From: Eledone cirrhosa
Lineage: Eukaryota
NCBI GenBank assembly: GCA_964016885.1
Contig: OZ024751.1
Coordinates: forward strand, 5,332,001-5,396,000
DNA length: 64,000 nucleotides
Direction of reading: 5' to 3'
The notes under the pieces were generated by a model that saw only the letters and a program-made list of their open reading frames with translations, had not been told where the DNA came from and made no database searches. This document shows positions 53,305 to 64,000 of this stretch, piece after piece; positions within the stretch are counted from its first letter, which is position 1; every line of letters starts with the position of its first letter. The position numbers and the translations under genes are program-made.

Positions 53305-54283
53305 ATAAAAGTTTGTCCTCATCAGTGGCCTTCCAACCGTCGTAGGCATTTCGTCGCATTAAAGGCCATATACCTCAGGTTGGTGCGAGCAACGGGTAAA
53401 AAAAGTCGTTGGGACACGTAAATAAGGGGGACGCTAGGGTAAACAAACAAAATGGTTTAAGCAACAGAAAGTGATGAAGAAGAAACAAGTCCCAGATTTC
53501 TATGAATATAAATTCGGTGGAATCGTGAACGAGAGAATAAAGACCATCAAACCTAGTTGAAATGTGAGCAAGGAAGGAATTTCGCACAGGTCTAACGGGA
53601 GGAAGAAGGGGTCTGGTCTGCGAATTCGGTAAACATAAGTTCTGTGAAGTCGCAGACGAGAGAGAGAGAGAGAAAAAAAAAAATTCATACCGGCTTGGCC
53701 AAGTGCCCGCGAGAAAAGGATTACGGACAGGTCAAACGGGAAGAAAGGGGAGGAGGAGAGGTAGTGACAGAGAGTGAGTGAGTGAAAGGTGAGGAAGAGG
53801 CTAACAGAGAGAGAGAGAGACTGCTAGAAAGGGTAAAGACACAAAGAACGAAACAGACTGGTGGCAGCGGAGGAAAAAATATATGTGTAAATATGATAAT
53901 AATGGAGCTGCGGCGCTGCAAATGGGTTACATATGAAAAAGTTTGTCCTCATCAGTGGCCTTCCAGCCGTCGTAGGCATTTCGTCGCATTAAAGGCCATA
54001 TACGTCAGGTTGGTGCGAGCAACGGCTAAAAAAAGTCGTTGGGACACGTAAATAAGGGGGACGCTAGGGTAAACTTTCTGTTGCTTAAACCATTTTGTTT
54101 GTTTACCCTAGCGTCCCCCTTATTTACGTGTCCCAACGACTTTTTTTAGCCGTTGCTCGCACCAACCTGAGGTATATGGCCTTTAATGCGACGAAATGCC
54201 TACGACGGTTGGAAGGCCACTGATGAGGACAAACTTTTTCATATGTAACCCATTTGCAGCGCCGCAGCTCCATTATTATCATA
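53305..54283. mobile_element. Family B, second locus: ~630-bp unit + partial tandem copy + inverted copy
   Basis: Motif at 53315 and 53945 (-) and 54129-54231 (+); (TA)n flanks. Confidence 0.85.
54129..54231 (+). ncRNA. Candidate pseudoknotted, K-turn-containing hammerhead ribozyme (family B)
   Basis: GGTAT-A-TGGCCTT...C-GAA-ATGCC...AAGGCCA-CTGATGA-G; helices covary with family C. Confidence 0.72.
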
Positions 54284-54419
54284 TATATATATATATATTA
54301 AAATAAAATTCATATATATATATATATATTTATTAAAAATAAAATTCATATATATATATATATATATATAAATATATATATATATTTATTAAAATAAAAT
54401 TTATATATTATATATATAT

Positions 54420-54790
54420 ATGAATAAAAAATGGCGAGCTGTGTTGTTGCATTTATGTATAAAAAATGAAGAATTAGAAATATTCATCGTCAGTTGTCTA
54501 CTAGACATCATAGGTATTTCTTCGCATTAAAAACAACATACTTCCGTCTAGGGCGATACAATAACTAAGATAAGTTTGAATTATTGACTTGATCGTTTCA
54601 TTTTTTCCTCTCTTTACGTTGCCTCCCCATTCGTGTTTGTTGACATGTCTTTCTCTTTCTCCACCCAACTCTTTTATCCCAATAACTTATCTTAGTTATT
54701 GTATCGCCCTAGGCGGAGGTATATTGTCTGTAATGTGAAGAAATACCTATGAAGCCTAGTAGACCACTGACGATGGATATTCCTAACTTA
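54420..54790. mobile_element. Family C: diverged relative of family B, inverted pair
   Basis: 54470-54575 is an inverted copy of 54684-54790; (TA)n flanks. Confidence 0.75.
54675..54779 (+). ncRNA. Candidate pseudoknotted/K-turn hammerhead (family C)
   Basis: GGTAT-A-TTGTCTG...A-GAA-ATACC...TAGACCA-CTGACGA-T, with core spacing identical to family B. Confidence 0.68.
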
Positions 54791-54807
54791 TATATATATA
54801 TATCTCC

Positions 54808-54908
54808 ACCGAAGTTAACTTTGCCTTTCATCCTTAAGGGGTCGATAAAATAAAGTACCAGTCATACACTGGCGTAATTGCTGTCCTTGAGTCAAAAGTA
54901 GAAACATT
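54808..54908 (+). mobile_element. SINE 3' half
   Basis: Core and tail match 58270-58369. Confidence 0.75.
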
Positions 54909-55150
54909 ATATATATATATGAGGGGGGGGGGTTGAAGAGTCACGGAGAAGGAGGGAGAGAAAGAGAGGGAGAGATGGAGAGTGAGAAGGAGAGAAAGAG
55001 TGTGAGGGAAGCGGGAAAGAGAGAAAGGGAGACAGAGTTAGCGAGACAGAGATAGGGAGAGGGAGAGAAAGAGGTTGCGTGGGTGTGCGTCTGTCTACCT
55101 TATGTATAATGATTGGATATCTCCGTGAGTGTATAACCAGACAGTCACAC

Positions 55151-55201
<51 letters not shown>

Positions 55202-55449
55202 GAGAGAGAGGGAGAGATTTATCCGTCTATTTATATATTTACATTAAAATATGTAAACAAAGAAATGAATGACAAACCTATCGCCGCTACGTAAATACCC
55301 CCTGGATAGAGAAATATATAAAGCTGAATCAACAACAGACAGAAGACAAATAATTAATCTCAATATTATTAATGTATATTTCATATTCCCTTTTAGAAAC
55401 TATCACACCACAATACTGAAATATTACAGTTTATTTAATTATTATTATT

Positions 55450-55730
55450 GGTCGATAAACCAAAGCACCAGTAATGCACTGGGGTAATTGATGGCCTTGT
55501 ACAAAAAGTAGAAACAATTATTATTAAGGGCAGTGGTTTTGCAGTATCTGTAGCGCGTCAGACACCATGCTTTGCAGCATAAGGTTACGGTCATTTACAT
55601 TCTGAGTTCAAATCCTGCCGAGGTTAGCTTTGCATTTCATTCTTACGGGGGGGGGGGGGTCGAACAAATAAAGTACCAGTCATGCACTGGGGTAATTGCT
55701 GCCCAAATTACGTCTACAAAATAGAAACAT
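55450..55730 (+). mobile_element. SINE 3' fragment followed by a diverged full SINE
   Basis: B-box gagttcaaatcc and core; TTA spacers. Confidence 0.75.
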
Positions 55731-56000
55731 TAAGTTGTGAGTTCGAATCCCTTCAAATTGCTTGCCTTGTGCCACATTATTCCTTTGTGGTTAATAAACA
55801 AATTATCATTGTACATATTATTGAGTCAATAATACAGCGAATTAGCAGACCAGTAAGAAGTTAATATAGAATGTATTTGCTTTATTTGTTAGGGTTCTCT
55901 GAGGTTGGATTTCATATCCAACCTTGAGCCAACTTTTTGCTTCCTTTGTGGTGTTACTAAGCATTAGCCAAGTATGTCAGACAAATAAGAATAGATAGAC

Positions 56001-56320
56001 TAGAGGCTCTCAAACTTTTTGACGCCACGTAATACCCTCAGCGCCCCACCCCTATTTACAAAGAGACATGCCTACATACAAATTGTAAATAATATATAAT
56101 AAATAGAATCGGTAATCTATATAAAATAAATAATATAATATATACTATATATAAATATATATTATTTATTTTACTATATTTATATATATGTGTATCATTT
56201 AATATTTAATATGCTATTATATCATCTCTACCTTCCCCTTAGGCCCCAGTGCCCCTTTGACCTTCTCAAGCCCCTCAGCCCCTCACCGGTGGGCAGTAGC
56301 GCACACTTTGAGAACACCTG
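56001..56320. mobile_element. Degenerate hAT/Charlie-like MITE
   Basis: Imperfect TIRs tagaggctctcaaac / ctttgagaacacctg; no clear TSD. Confidence 0.4.
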
Positions 56321-56399
56321 AAACAGGCGAAAGAAAAATAGATCGCTTCCTCATAACTTTCTTAATGTCTATTTTTCAAGGAGTAGGGAAACAGATGCA

Positions 56400-56800
56400 T
56401 GAGAGTGTGTCTGTGAAACATATACATATACACCAGGTCCGAACACAAAGAAACCAAACTCCCACTGCCTCCGTCTCTCCCGCTCTGCCCATCTCTCACT
56501 ATTAGGAGCAAATGGTGGCCCACACGCTGGTCATCCTGCGGCCCTGGCGGACAGAATAGAGAAGGTGTTTCCACGGAGGATGATGAGGGAAATGCGTTGG
56601 AAGAGCCATTCCAGTTCGCGAGGCTCAGACCTGCGGGTAGTCAACTCTGTGCCGATGGTGGTGAGCAGGGACGTGGCTCCAGGGACAACGACAACAAATG
56701 TCTCCACTGTCACAGACTCAACCGCAAACCTGTCGGAGAGCGAGCGATATTTGGAGAGTTTATCACCCTCATCCCAACGTGCCTGGGTTAGTCGAGAGAT
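56400..56800 (-). mobile_element. 3' fragment of a CRE-like RLE non-LTR retrotransposon
   Basis: EGDKLSKYRSLSDRF...VETF...PRELEWLFQRISLIILRGNTFSIL resembles the CRE RLE C-terminus (K..KY...VET.G...FQR.S..IQRGN). Confidence 0.65.
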
Positions 56801-56985
56801 TTCACTTTATCTCTTCCTCTTCCTCTTCCTCTCTCCCCGAGATCCAACTCACCTACACAAGAGTACCAATCCCTTCCCCACAAACATCTGTAGACACGGG
56901 AAGAAAGAAAGATTGATACTATGAAGGTCGCGATGTCACAGAAACATTGGAGTGGTGAATTAAATTTAAACAAGAAATTCAGAAA

Positions 56986-58167
56986 TTTCGCTTTTTGTGG
57001 AAGGGACGCGCTCCGATGGTCAGGCGGTCCATCTGCTGTCAACACCCGCTACGTGGAGGGCTGGGCATGCCGTGGCTGATGATGCGCAGACATGCGCTCA
57101 GGCTACGACATCTCCACCTCTTCCTCGAAGGTGATCAGGCGTGGTCGCCGTTTGCTAAACGCGTCTTTCCGCAGCTCGTCTCCTTGACGGAGCTGCAGTC
57201 CTGGGTCAAGCGAAGACCGAGAGGGAGCGCTTGGAGACTGGAATGTCTTCAGGCGCTCACAGCCCTCGACCAATTTGGGCAATGTGATCGGTGGAAACTC
57301 CACGTTGGCGTTCTATAGAGGGTTAGTGGAGGGGAAGAGCGACGACGTACTTGGGGAAATTCTAGGCGTCGACGAAAATCAACTAGCCAATCTCTTCGGA
57401 AGAACTTTCGGGCCAGGGCCTATGGACAACTTCCAGAAATCCCTGGCCTGGCAGTGCTACCGAGGAGCTTTGCCAGTTCGGGATAAACTCTACAGGCATG
57501 GAGGTGCCGTCAGCCGGGCATGATCGAGATGCGCGCAGGGCGACGAAACCGTCCTGCACGCACTCGTCCAGTGTCCGAGCATTGCTGACTTGTGGGTTTA
57601 TGTGGAACACCTGCTGTCACGTGTAGGACGGATCCAGCTATCAGCTGAGTCCATCGTGAGGATTGCCCCGCCCTCTTCCTTTAGCCGGGAAGGGCAGGCA
57701 GTTTTTATCTGTCTGGTGGCCATGGCGAAAGAGATAGTATGGTGGACACGTTTGAAAGGGTTGAAGACGAGCACTTACCTCTTCGGTGATGCCCTAATTA
57801 ACTTCATTTGGTAGAGAGGGAATTGCTCTCTTCCCAGCATTTTGTTGAAAGATGGGTGAGAGAGGCAAGAATGGCCCGAGTGAATGCGCCTACTCTGAGT
57901 ATGTGTCTGTAAATTAAAGGTGGAAAACTGGGAGAGGGCACTTGCCCTGGTGGTCAGGGTCACTGTGGATTTTAATGGGCTTTCTCCACGAATGTCCCTC
58001 GGAGGTCTCCTCCCTATTGGGGAATTTTTTTCATTGTTCTATTATTACATCCTCTGTTTCTTGTTTTTTTTACACGCAGAAATGCCCTTTTGTACCGTCC
58101 TGTATTGTCCTGTACTGTTCTTAATGTCTACTTTATGAAAACCCTTGTGGTTAATAAAAAAATTATC
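56986..58167 (+). mobile_element. 5'-truncated Tx1 copy (same subfamily as 721-6743), frameshifted
   Basis: Aligns to 5528-6743 with indels and a stop. Confidence 0.93.
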
Positions 58168-58183
58168 ATTATTATTATTTTAA

Positions 58184-58368
58184 GGGCGGTGGATTGGCAG
58201 TATCGGTAGAGGGTCGAACGCCATGCTTTCCAGCATAGTTACGTCCCTTTACGATCTGAGTTCAAATGCCGCCGAGGTTGACTTTGCCTTTCATCCTTAC
58301 GGGGTCGATAAAATAAAGTACCAGTAATGCACTGGGTAATTGCTGGCCTTGTGCCTAAAGTAGAAACA

Positions 58369-58369
<1 letters not shown>
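58184..58369 (+). mobile_element. tRNA-type SINE, full-length reference copy, inserted in the Tx1 (TTA)n tail
   Basis: A-box tggcagtatcgg, B-box gagttcaaatgc, central gcctttcatccttacggggtcgataaaataaagtacc (Meta-domain-like, from memory), (TTA)n tail 58370-58433. Confidence 0.88.
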
Positions 58370-58434
<65 letters not shown>

Positions 58435-58713
58435 CACTCACACAAACATATAAATAATATTTTTGTGGCTCACTTTAGAAAAGATGTTTGTATTGTAACT
58501 TCAGAAAAGTGGGATAAATGTGAAGATCTATGGAGAGAGCTTTATACCCACAAGTAGTTAGATATATCACACAGACAATTGAGAAGATATCAGAAATACT
58601 CAACATGGAAGATATTTCTTTTGATATTTGTGGAGTACTTTTGTCTGGATATTCTGGTCCTCTTATATATATATATATATATATATAGCGTACATACACA
58701 CAGAGACACAGAG

Positions 58714-58754
<41 letters not shown>

Positions 58755-58757
58755 CAG

Positions 58758-58808
<51 letters not shown>

Positions 58809-59414
58809 ATATATATATATATATACACGCACATGTACACAACTCGCACACATACACACAAACGTGAAGGCGTACACTCACGTATATAAATGAATGCGCG
58901 TACACACACACACACATTATATATCTATATATCTACACACACACGTATATACTCGACTAAATATTCATAAACTTTAATACACAACAACTACACACACACA
59001 CATATATATATAGCACATACACACGTATATACTCGACTAAATATGTATAAACTCTAATACACAAGAAACACACACACAAAACACACACGCACGCGCACAC
59101 ACAATAAATCTATGTGCATATATAAAAAACATGTGTGAACGCACAAATGGAGGCATTAACACTTTCATACACAACTTCGGAGTTTAAATTTATGGTTGTA
59201 AAATTCGTTTGTCGATGGGGGATCAATAGTAAAGGTGAAAAAAACCCATTTCCTCAAAAGCAAATCACTTTTAGTATAAAGTGTAGTCTGGAAATGAGGT
59301 GTGAAGCCAAAATACATTAAAGTTGATCATATATTTTCAAACTTCATATCGTGTCGGGAACGCCAGAGAGAAAAAATATGGCTTTTGGCAAATAGACAGC
59401 GTTGCTTTTCAATG

Positions 59415-59812
59415 AACGATTAAGAAAATTTCTGTTAACGTATGTCATTAACGTTATTTGGAAGTGCTGTCTTCCAACCTGTTTGTTGAAAGGTGGGTGA
59501 GAGTAGCGAGCCTGGTCCGTGTGAATGGGTCTACCTGTAAATTGGAGAACAACTGGGAAAGGGCACTTTGCCCCAGCGGACTGTGTGACCGTGGTGGCGT
59601 TTGAGAAATTTCTCCACCAGTGACCCTTGGAGTCTCCTTACCGTTGGAGAATTTGTTATATTTGGTTTTTAAATGTTTATTTTCTTATAAATTTTATTTT
59701 ACACACCAAAATATATTTAAAAAAAAGAAAGAATGCCACACTGTATCGTTCTGTGCCGTCTTTAAATGTTTCCTTAATGTGAGCCCTGTGTAGCTAATAA
59801 AGAAATTATTAT
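59415..59812 (+). mobile_element. Old Tx1 3' end fragment
   Basis: tttgttgaaaggtgggtgagagtagcg...ctgggaaagggcactt...ccctgtgtagctaataaagaaattattatt parallels the Tx1 3' end. Confidence 0.75.
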
Positions 59813-59994
59813 TTGGAAAAAATTGAATGAACATCACAACATCACAACGTCACATACTTCAATTTTTAAAAAGATCGTCCTTGTCATTGTGTATTGTTGT
59901 AAGAGACCATTATTTTCTGGAAACTAATGGTACAGAAGTAAGGACCTTAATATATATTTTGGAATAGAAACTAATGATCTATTTTATTATTGTT

Positions 59995-60118
59995 ACGGTC
60001 TGAGTTCAAATCCCGCCGAGGTTAACTTTGCCTTTCATCCTTATGGCGAAGATAAAATAAAGAACCAGTAATGAACTGAGTATTGCTGGCCTTGTGCCAA
60101 AAGTAGAAACAAATAATT
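59995..60118 (+). mobile_element. SINE 3' two-thirds
   Basis: B-box, core, tail. Confidence 0.82.
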
Positions 60119-60129
60119 ATAAACAGATT

Positions 60130-63120
60130 TCAGTTGTTCAGGGAGAAGGGATTGCTATGCCAGATGGTAGTTTGACGAAATGTATTGAAGAAGCAAGAGG
60201 ATATAAATATCTTGGAATAATGGTAGCTGATGGAATATCTTGGAATAATGGTGGCAGATGGAATATAACATGAATAATGGTAACAGATGGAATATCTTGG
60301 AATAATGGTGGCAGGTGGAATATAACAGGAATAATGGTAGCAGGTGGAATATAACAGGAATAATGGTAACAGATGGAATATAACATGAATAATGGTAACA
60401 GATGGAATATCTTGGAATAATGGTGACAGGTGGAATATAACAGGAATAATGGTAGCAGGTGGAATATAACAGGAATAATGGTAACAGATGGAATATCTTG
60501 GAATAATGCTGACAGGTGGAATATAACAGGAATAATGGTTGCAGGTGGAATATAACAGGAATAATGGTAACAGATGGAATATAACAGGAATAATGGTAAC
60601 AGATGGAATATCTTGGAATAATGGTGGCAGGTGGAATATAACAGGAATAATGGTAACAGATGGAATATAACAGGAATAATGGTAACAGATGGAATATCTT
60701 GGAATAATGGTGGCAGGTGGAATATAACAGGAATAATGGTAACAGATGGAATATAACAGGAATAATGGTGGCAGGTGGAATATAACAGGAATAATGGTGG
60801 CAGGTGGAATATAAGAGGAATAATGGTAACAGATGGAATATCTTGGAATAATGGTGGCAGGTGGAATATAACAGGAATATTGGTAACAGATGGAATATAA
60901 GAGGAATAATGGTAACAGATAGAATATAACAGGAATAATGGTGGCAGGTGGAATATAACAGGAATAATGGTGGCAGGTGGAATATAACAGGAATAATGGT
61001 AACAGATGGAATATCTTGGAATAATGGTGGCAGGTGGAATATAACAGGAATAATGGTAGCAGGTGGAATATAACAGGAATAATGGTAACAGATGGAATAT
61101 AACAGGAATAATGGTAGCAGGGGGAATATAACAGGAATAATGGTAACATATGGAATATAAGAGGAATAATGGTAACATATGGAATATAACAGGAATAATG
61201 GTAGCAGGTGGAATATAACAGGAATAATGGTAGCAGGTGGAATATAAGAGGAATAATGGTAACAGATGGAATATAAGAGGAATAATGGTAACAGATGGAA
61301 TATCTTGGAATCATAGTGGCAGGTGGAATATAACAGGAATAATGGTAACAGATGGAATATAAGAGGAATAATGGTAACAGATGGAATATAACAGGAATAA
61401 TGGTAGCAGGTGGAATATAAGAGGAATAATGGTAACAGATGGAATATAACAGGAATAATGGTAGCAGGTGGAATATAACAGGAATAATGGTAGCAGGTGG
61501 AATATAAGAGGAATAATGGTAACAGATGGAATATCTTGGAATAATGGTGGCAGGTGGAATATAACAGGAATAATGGTGGCAGGTGGAATATAACAGGAAT
61601 AATGGTAACAGATGGAATATAACAGGAATAATGGTGGCAGGTGGAATATAACAGAAGAAATGGTAACAGATGGAATATAACAGGAATAATGGTAACAGAT
61701 GGAATATAACAGGAATAATGTTGGCAGGTGGAATATAACAGGAATAATGGTGGCAGGTGGAATATTACAGGAATAATGGTAACAGATGGAATATCTTGGA
61801 ATAATAATGGTGGCAGGTGGAATATAACAGGAATAATGTTGGCAGGTGGAATATACAGGAATAATGGTGGTAGGTGGAATATAACAGGAATAATGGTAAC
61901 AGATGGAATATAACAGGAATAATGGTGGCAGATGGAATATAACAGGAATAATGGTGGCAGATGGAATATAACAGGAATAATGGTGGCAGATGGAATATAA
62001 CAGGAATAATGGTGGCAGGTGGAATATTACAGGAATAATGGTAACAGATGGAATATCTTGGAATAATAATGGTGGCAGGTGGAATATAACAGGAATAATG
62101 TTGGCAGGTGGAATATACAGGAATAATGGTGGTAGGTGGAATATAACAGGAATAATGGTAACAGATGGAATATAACAGGAATAATGGTGGCAGATGGAAT
62201 ATAACAGGAATAATGGTGGCAGGTGGAATATAACAGGAATAATGGTGGCAGATGGAATATAACAGGAATAATGGTGGCAGGTGGAATATAACAGGAATAA
62301 TGGTGGCAGGTGGAATATAACAGGAATAATGGTGGCAGGTGGAATATAACAGGAATAATGGTGGCAGGTGGAATATAACAGGAACAATGGTGGCAGGTGG
62401 AATATAACAGGAATAATGGTGGCAGGTGGAATATAACAGGAATAATGGTAACAGATGGAATATAACAGGAATAATGGTGGCAGGTGGAATATAACAGAAG
62501 AAATGGTAACAGATGGAATATAACAGGAATAATGGTAACAGATGGAATATAACAGGAATAATGGTGGCAGGTGGAATATAACAGAAGAAATGGTAACAGA
62601 TGGAATATAACAGGAATAATGTTGGCAGGTGGAATATAACAGGAATAATGGTGGCAGGTGGAATATAACAGGAATAATGGTGGCAGGTGGAATATAAGAT
62701 GAAGACATGAAGGATCAGGCAAGCAAAGAGAATATACGACAATGAGGACTATTAATATCAAAACTCAATGGTGAGAATAATATCTATGCTCTCTGAAAAG
62801 CAGTGTCTATCATAAGATATGGGGTTGGTATCATAGAGTAAAAAAAGTCCGAGTTAAGAGCTGTGGATCGCAAAACGAGTTAGCTGCTGACGATGTATGG
62901 AGGACATGATCTCATGGTAGCTGCTGACGATGTATGGAGGACATCATGTCAAGGTAAATGTGAATCGATTATATATGAGTAAAAGGAGGCCGAGGTTTGA
63001 TTAGGATTGAAGATTGTGTTAGAATAGAAACAAGGGTTGGAGTAATATTTAAACGTGTGTACAGAGGAGTTACTGAGTGTAGTGAATGGGGCAGATTTGT
63101 TTGGAACTAACACTGGCGGC
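60130..63120 (+). pseudogene. Old R4/Dong-like RT fragment split by a minisatellite
   Basis: Left: GEGIAMPDG...GYKYLGIMVADGI. Right: DEDMKDQASKE...SKLNGENNI...AVSIIRYGVGII...ELRAVDRKT..LLTMY. Colinear with the intact R4 ORF (GYKYLGVLEADGIKNKKMKE...AVSIIRYSAG...MDRKTRKLLTIY). Confidence 0.85.
60208..62697. repeat. 28-29-bp minisatellite, ~2.5 kb, consensus GGAATAATGGT(GG/AA)CAG(G/A)TGGAATATAACA
   Basis: Roughly 85 units by length; 262-bp higher-order duplication at 61728/61990. Confidence 0.97.
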
Positions 63121-63149
63121 GAAAATAAAGAAGAATATCCAGCCATGCT

Positions 63150-63400
63150 GTTCGCGTTCTATCTCTGGATCTCCCACCAGTTGGTTTTGCCGTAAAATCT
63201 GTCCAGCGATTCTTTCTTGAGACATTCTAACCACATACCCATAGTATTGGATCTCTCAATTTCGAGAAGTAGATTAACTGATATCTTAATTAATTAACAA
63301 ATATTGAGCCACTTACAAAGGCTTCAATCTTGGCAGAGAAATCACCAATTTAATTGCGCATAACGTGTTTTCTTCCATGCCAGAAACAGCTGTTTAGGTA
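63150..63400 (-). mobile_element. RTE-clade LINE fragment
   Basis: Aligns with 23350-23480 (ttggttttgcc...gagacattctaaccacat). Confidence 0.65.
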
Positions 63401-63628
63401 AACCGCTGCGCAAGTTATTGCTAATATTAAGTGATTTTCTGTCGTTCTAGCGAGATATTCACTCTTCATGTTTTCTTTATCTGAGATGTCTCTTTGCTGT
63501 ACCAATAACGATATCTATATGTGCTCCTTCTGCTTAGAACTTAGGACATTTTTAGGGTCTTAGCATTGAAGGGTTATTGGTCGGCAAATCGATGTACAGA
63601 AGAAATTCTCTTTGTACAACGGTATTCT

Positions 63629-63700
<72 letters not shown>

Positions 63701-64000
63701 AGAGAGAGAGAAAATTGAGGTTGGTAATGGCACATGGAATATATAAGAGACAGAATACTTTTTTGTGAAAAAACATATAATTTTATAAGGTAAGGAAATA
63801 ATAAAGGGTATAAAAAATGACCGGTTTCGATGGGTCTGCAAAAGCCATCTTTTCAAATGTTGATTAATATTAAGAAAAATTAATAATAAGAAGAGTTAAA
63901 ATTTGAGATTTGAAAATTCAAGTATAGAATTCATTGTGGGATTTCATAGTAGTTTTCATCTTGGTAGCAACTCGTTGACTGCTTCTGGTAGTGAATGAGA

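Noticed and set aside
58184-58280. tRNA gene
   Set aside because: A/B boxes are present but there is no cloverleaf; it is the head of a multi-copy SINE.
60208-62697. Possible CRISPR array (29-bp periodicity)
   Set aside because: Units are contiguous with no unique spacers, there are no cas genes, the context is eukaryotic, and the unit derives from R4 coding sequence.
60130-62761. Long minus-strand ORFs (244-465 aa) rich in YSC/IPP/FHL
   Set aside because: Artefacts of a 28-29-bp tandem repeat lacking stops on that strand; open in several frames at once.

Overview
Repeat-dense, AT-rich animal DNA with no recognisable host gene. The SINE and LINE repertoire resembles what I recall from octopus/cephalopod genomes (inference). 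1-23.5 kb is a (TTA)n microsatellite filled back-to-back with non-LTR retrotransposons: Tx1/L1-type APE-RT elements on + (one fully intact), R4/Dong-type RT-RLE elements on - (one intact), and an RTE 3' end. 25.6-55 kb is a (TA)n-rich zone with many short inverted/tandem elements carrying hammerhead ribozyme (HHR) motifs, as expected for Penelope-like element (PLE) pLTRs or retrozymes. It also holds a decayed full PLE, a decayed Tx1, a non-autonomous Helitron and tRNA-type SINEs. 56-64 kb holds CRE/Tx1/RTE fragments and a 2.5-kb minisatellite that arose inside the RT coding region of an old R4-type element. Main observation: two related non-coding families carry a ~100-nt RNA motif containing all hammerhead core nucleotides in a strand order that is not type I, II or III. 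It has covarying helices, pseudoknotted stems I and II, and a consensus K-turn in stem III. It is a candidate new hammerhead topology. All structures were folded by eye; none is experimentally verified.
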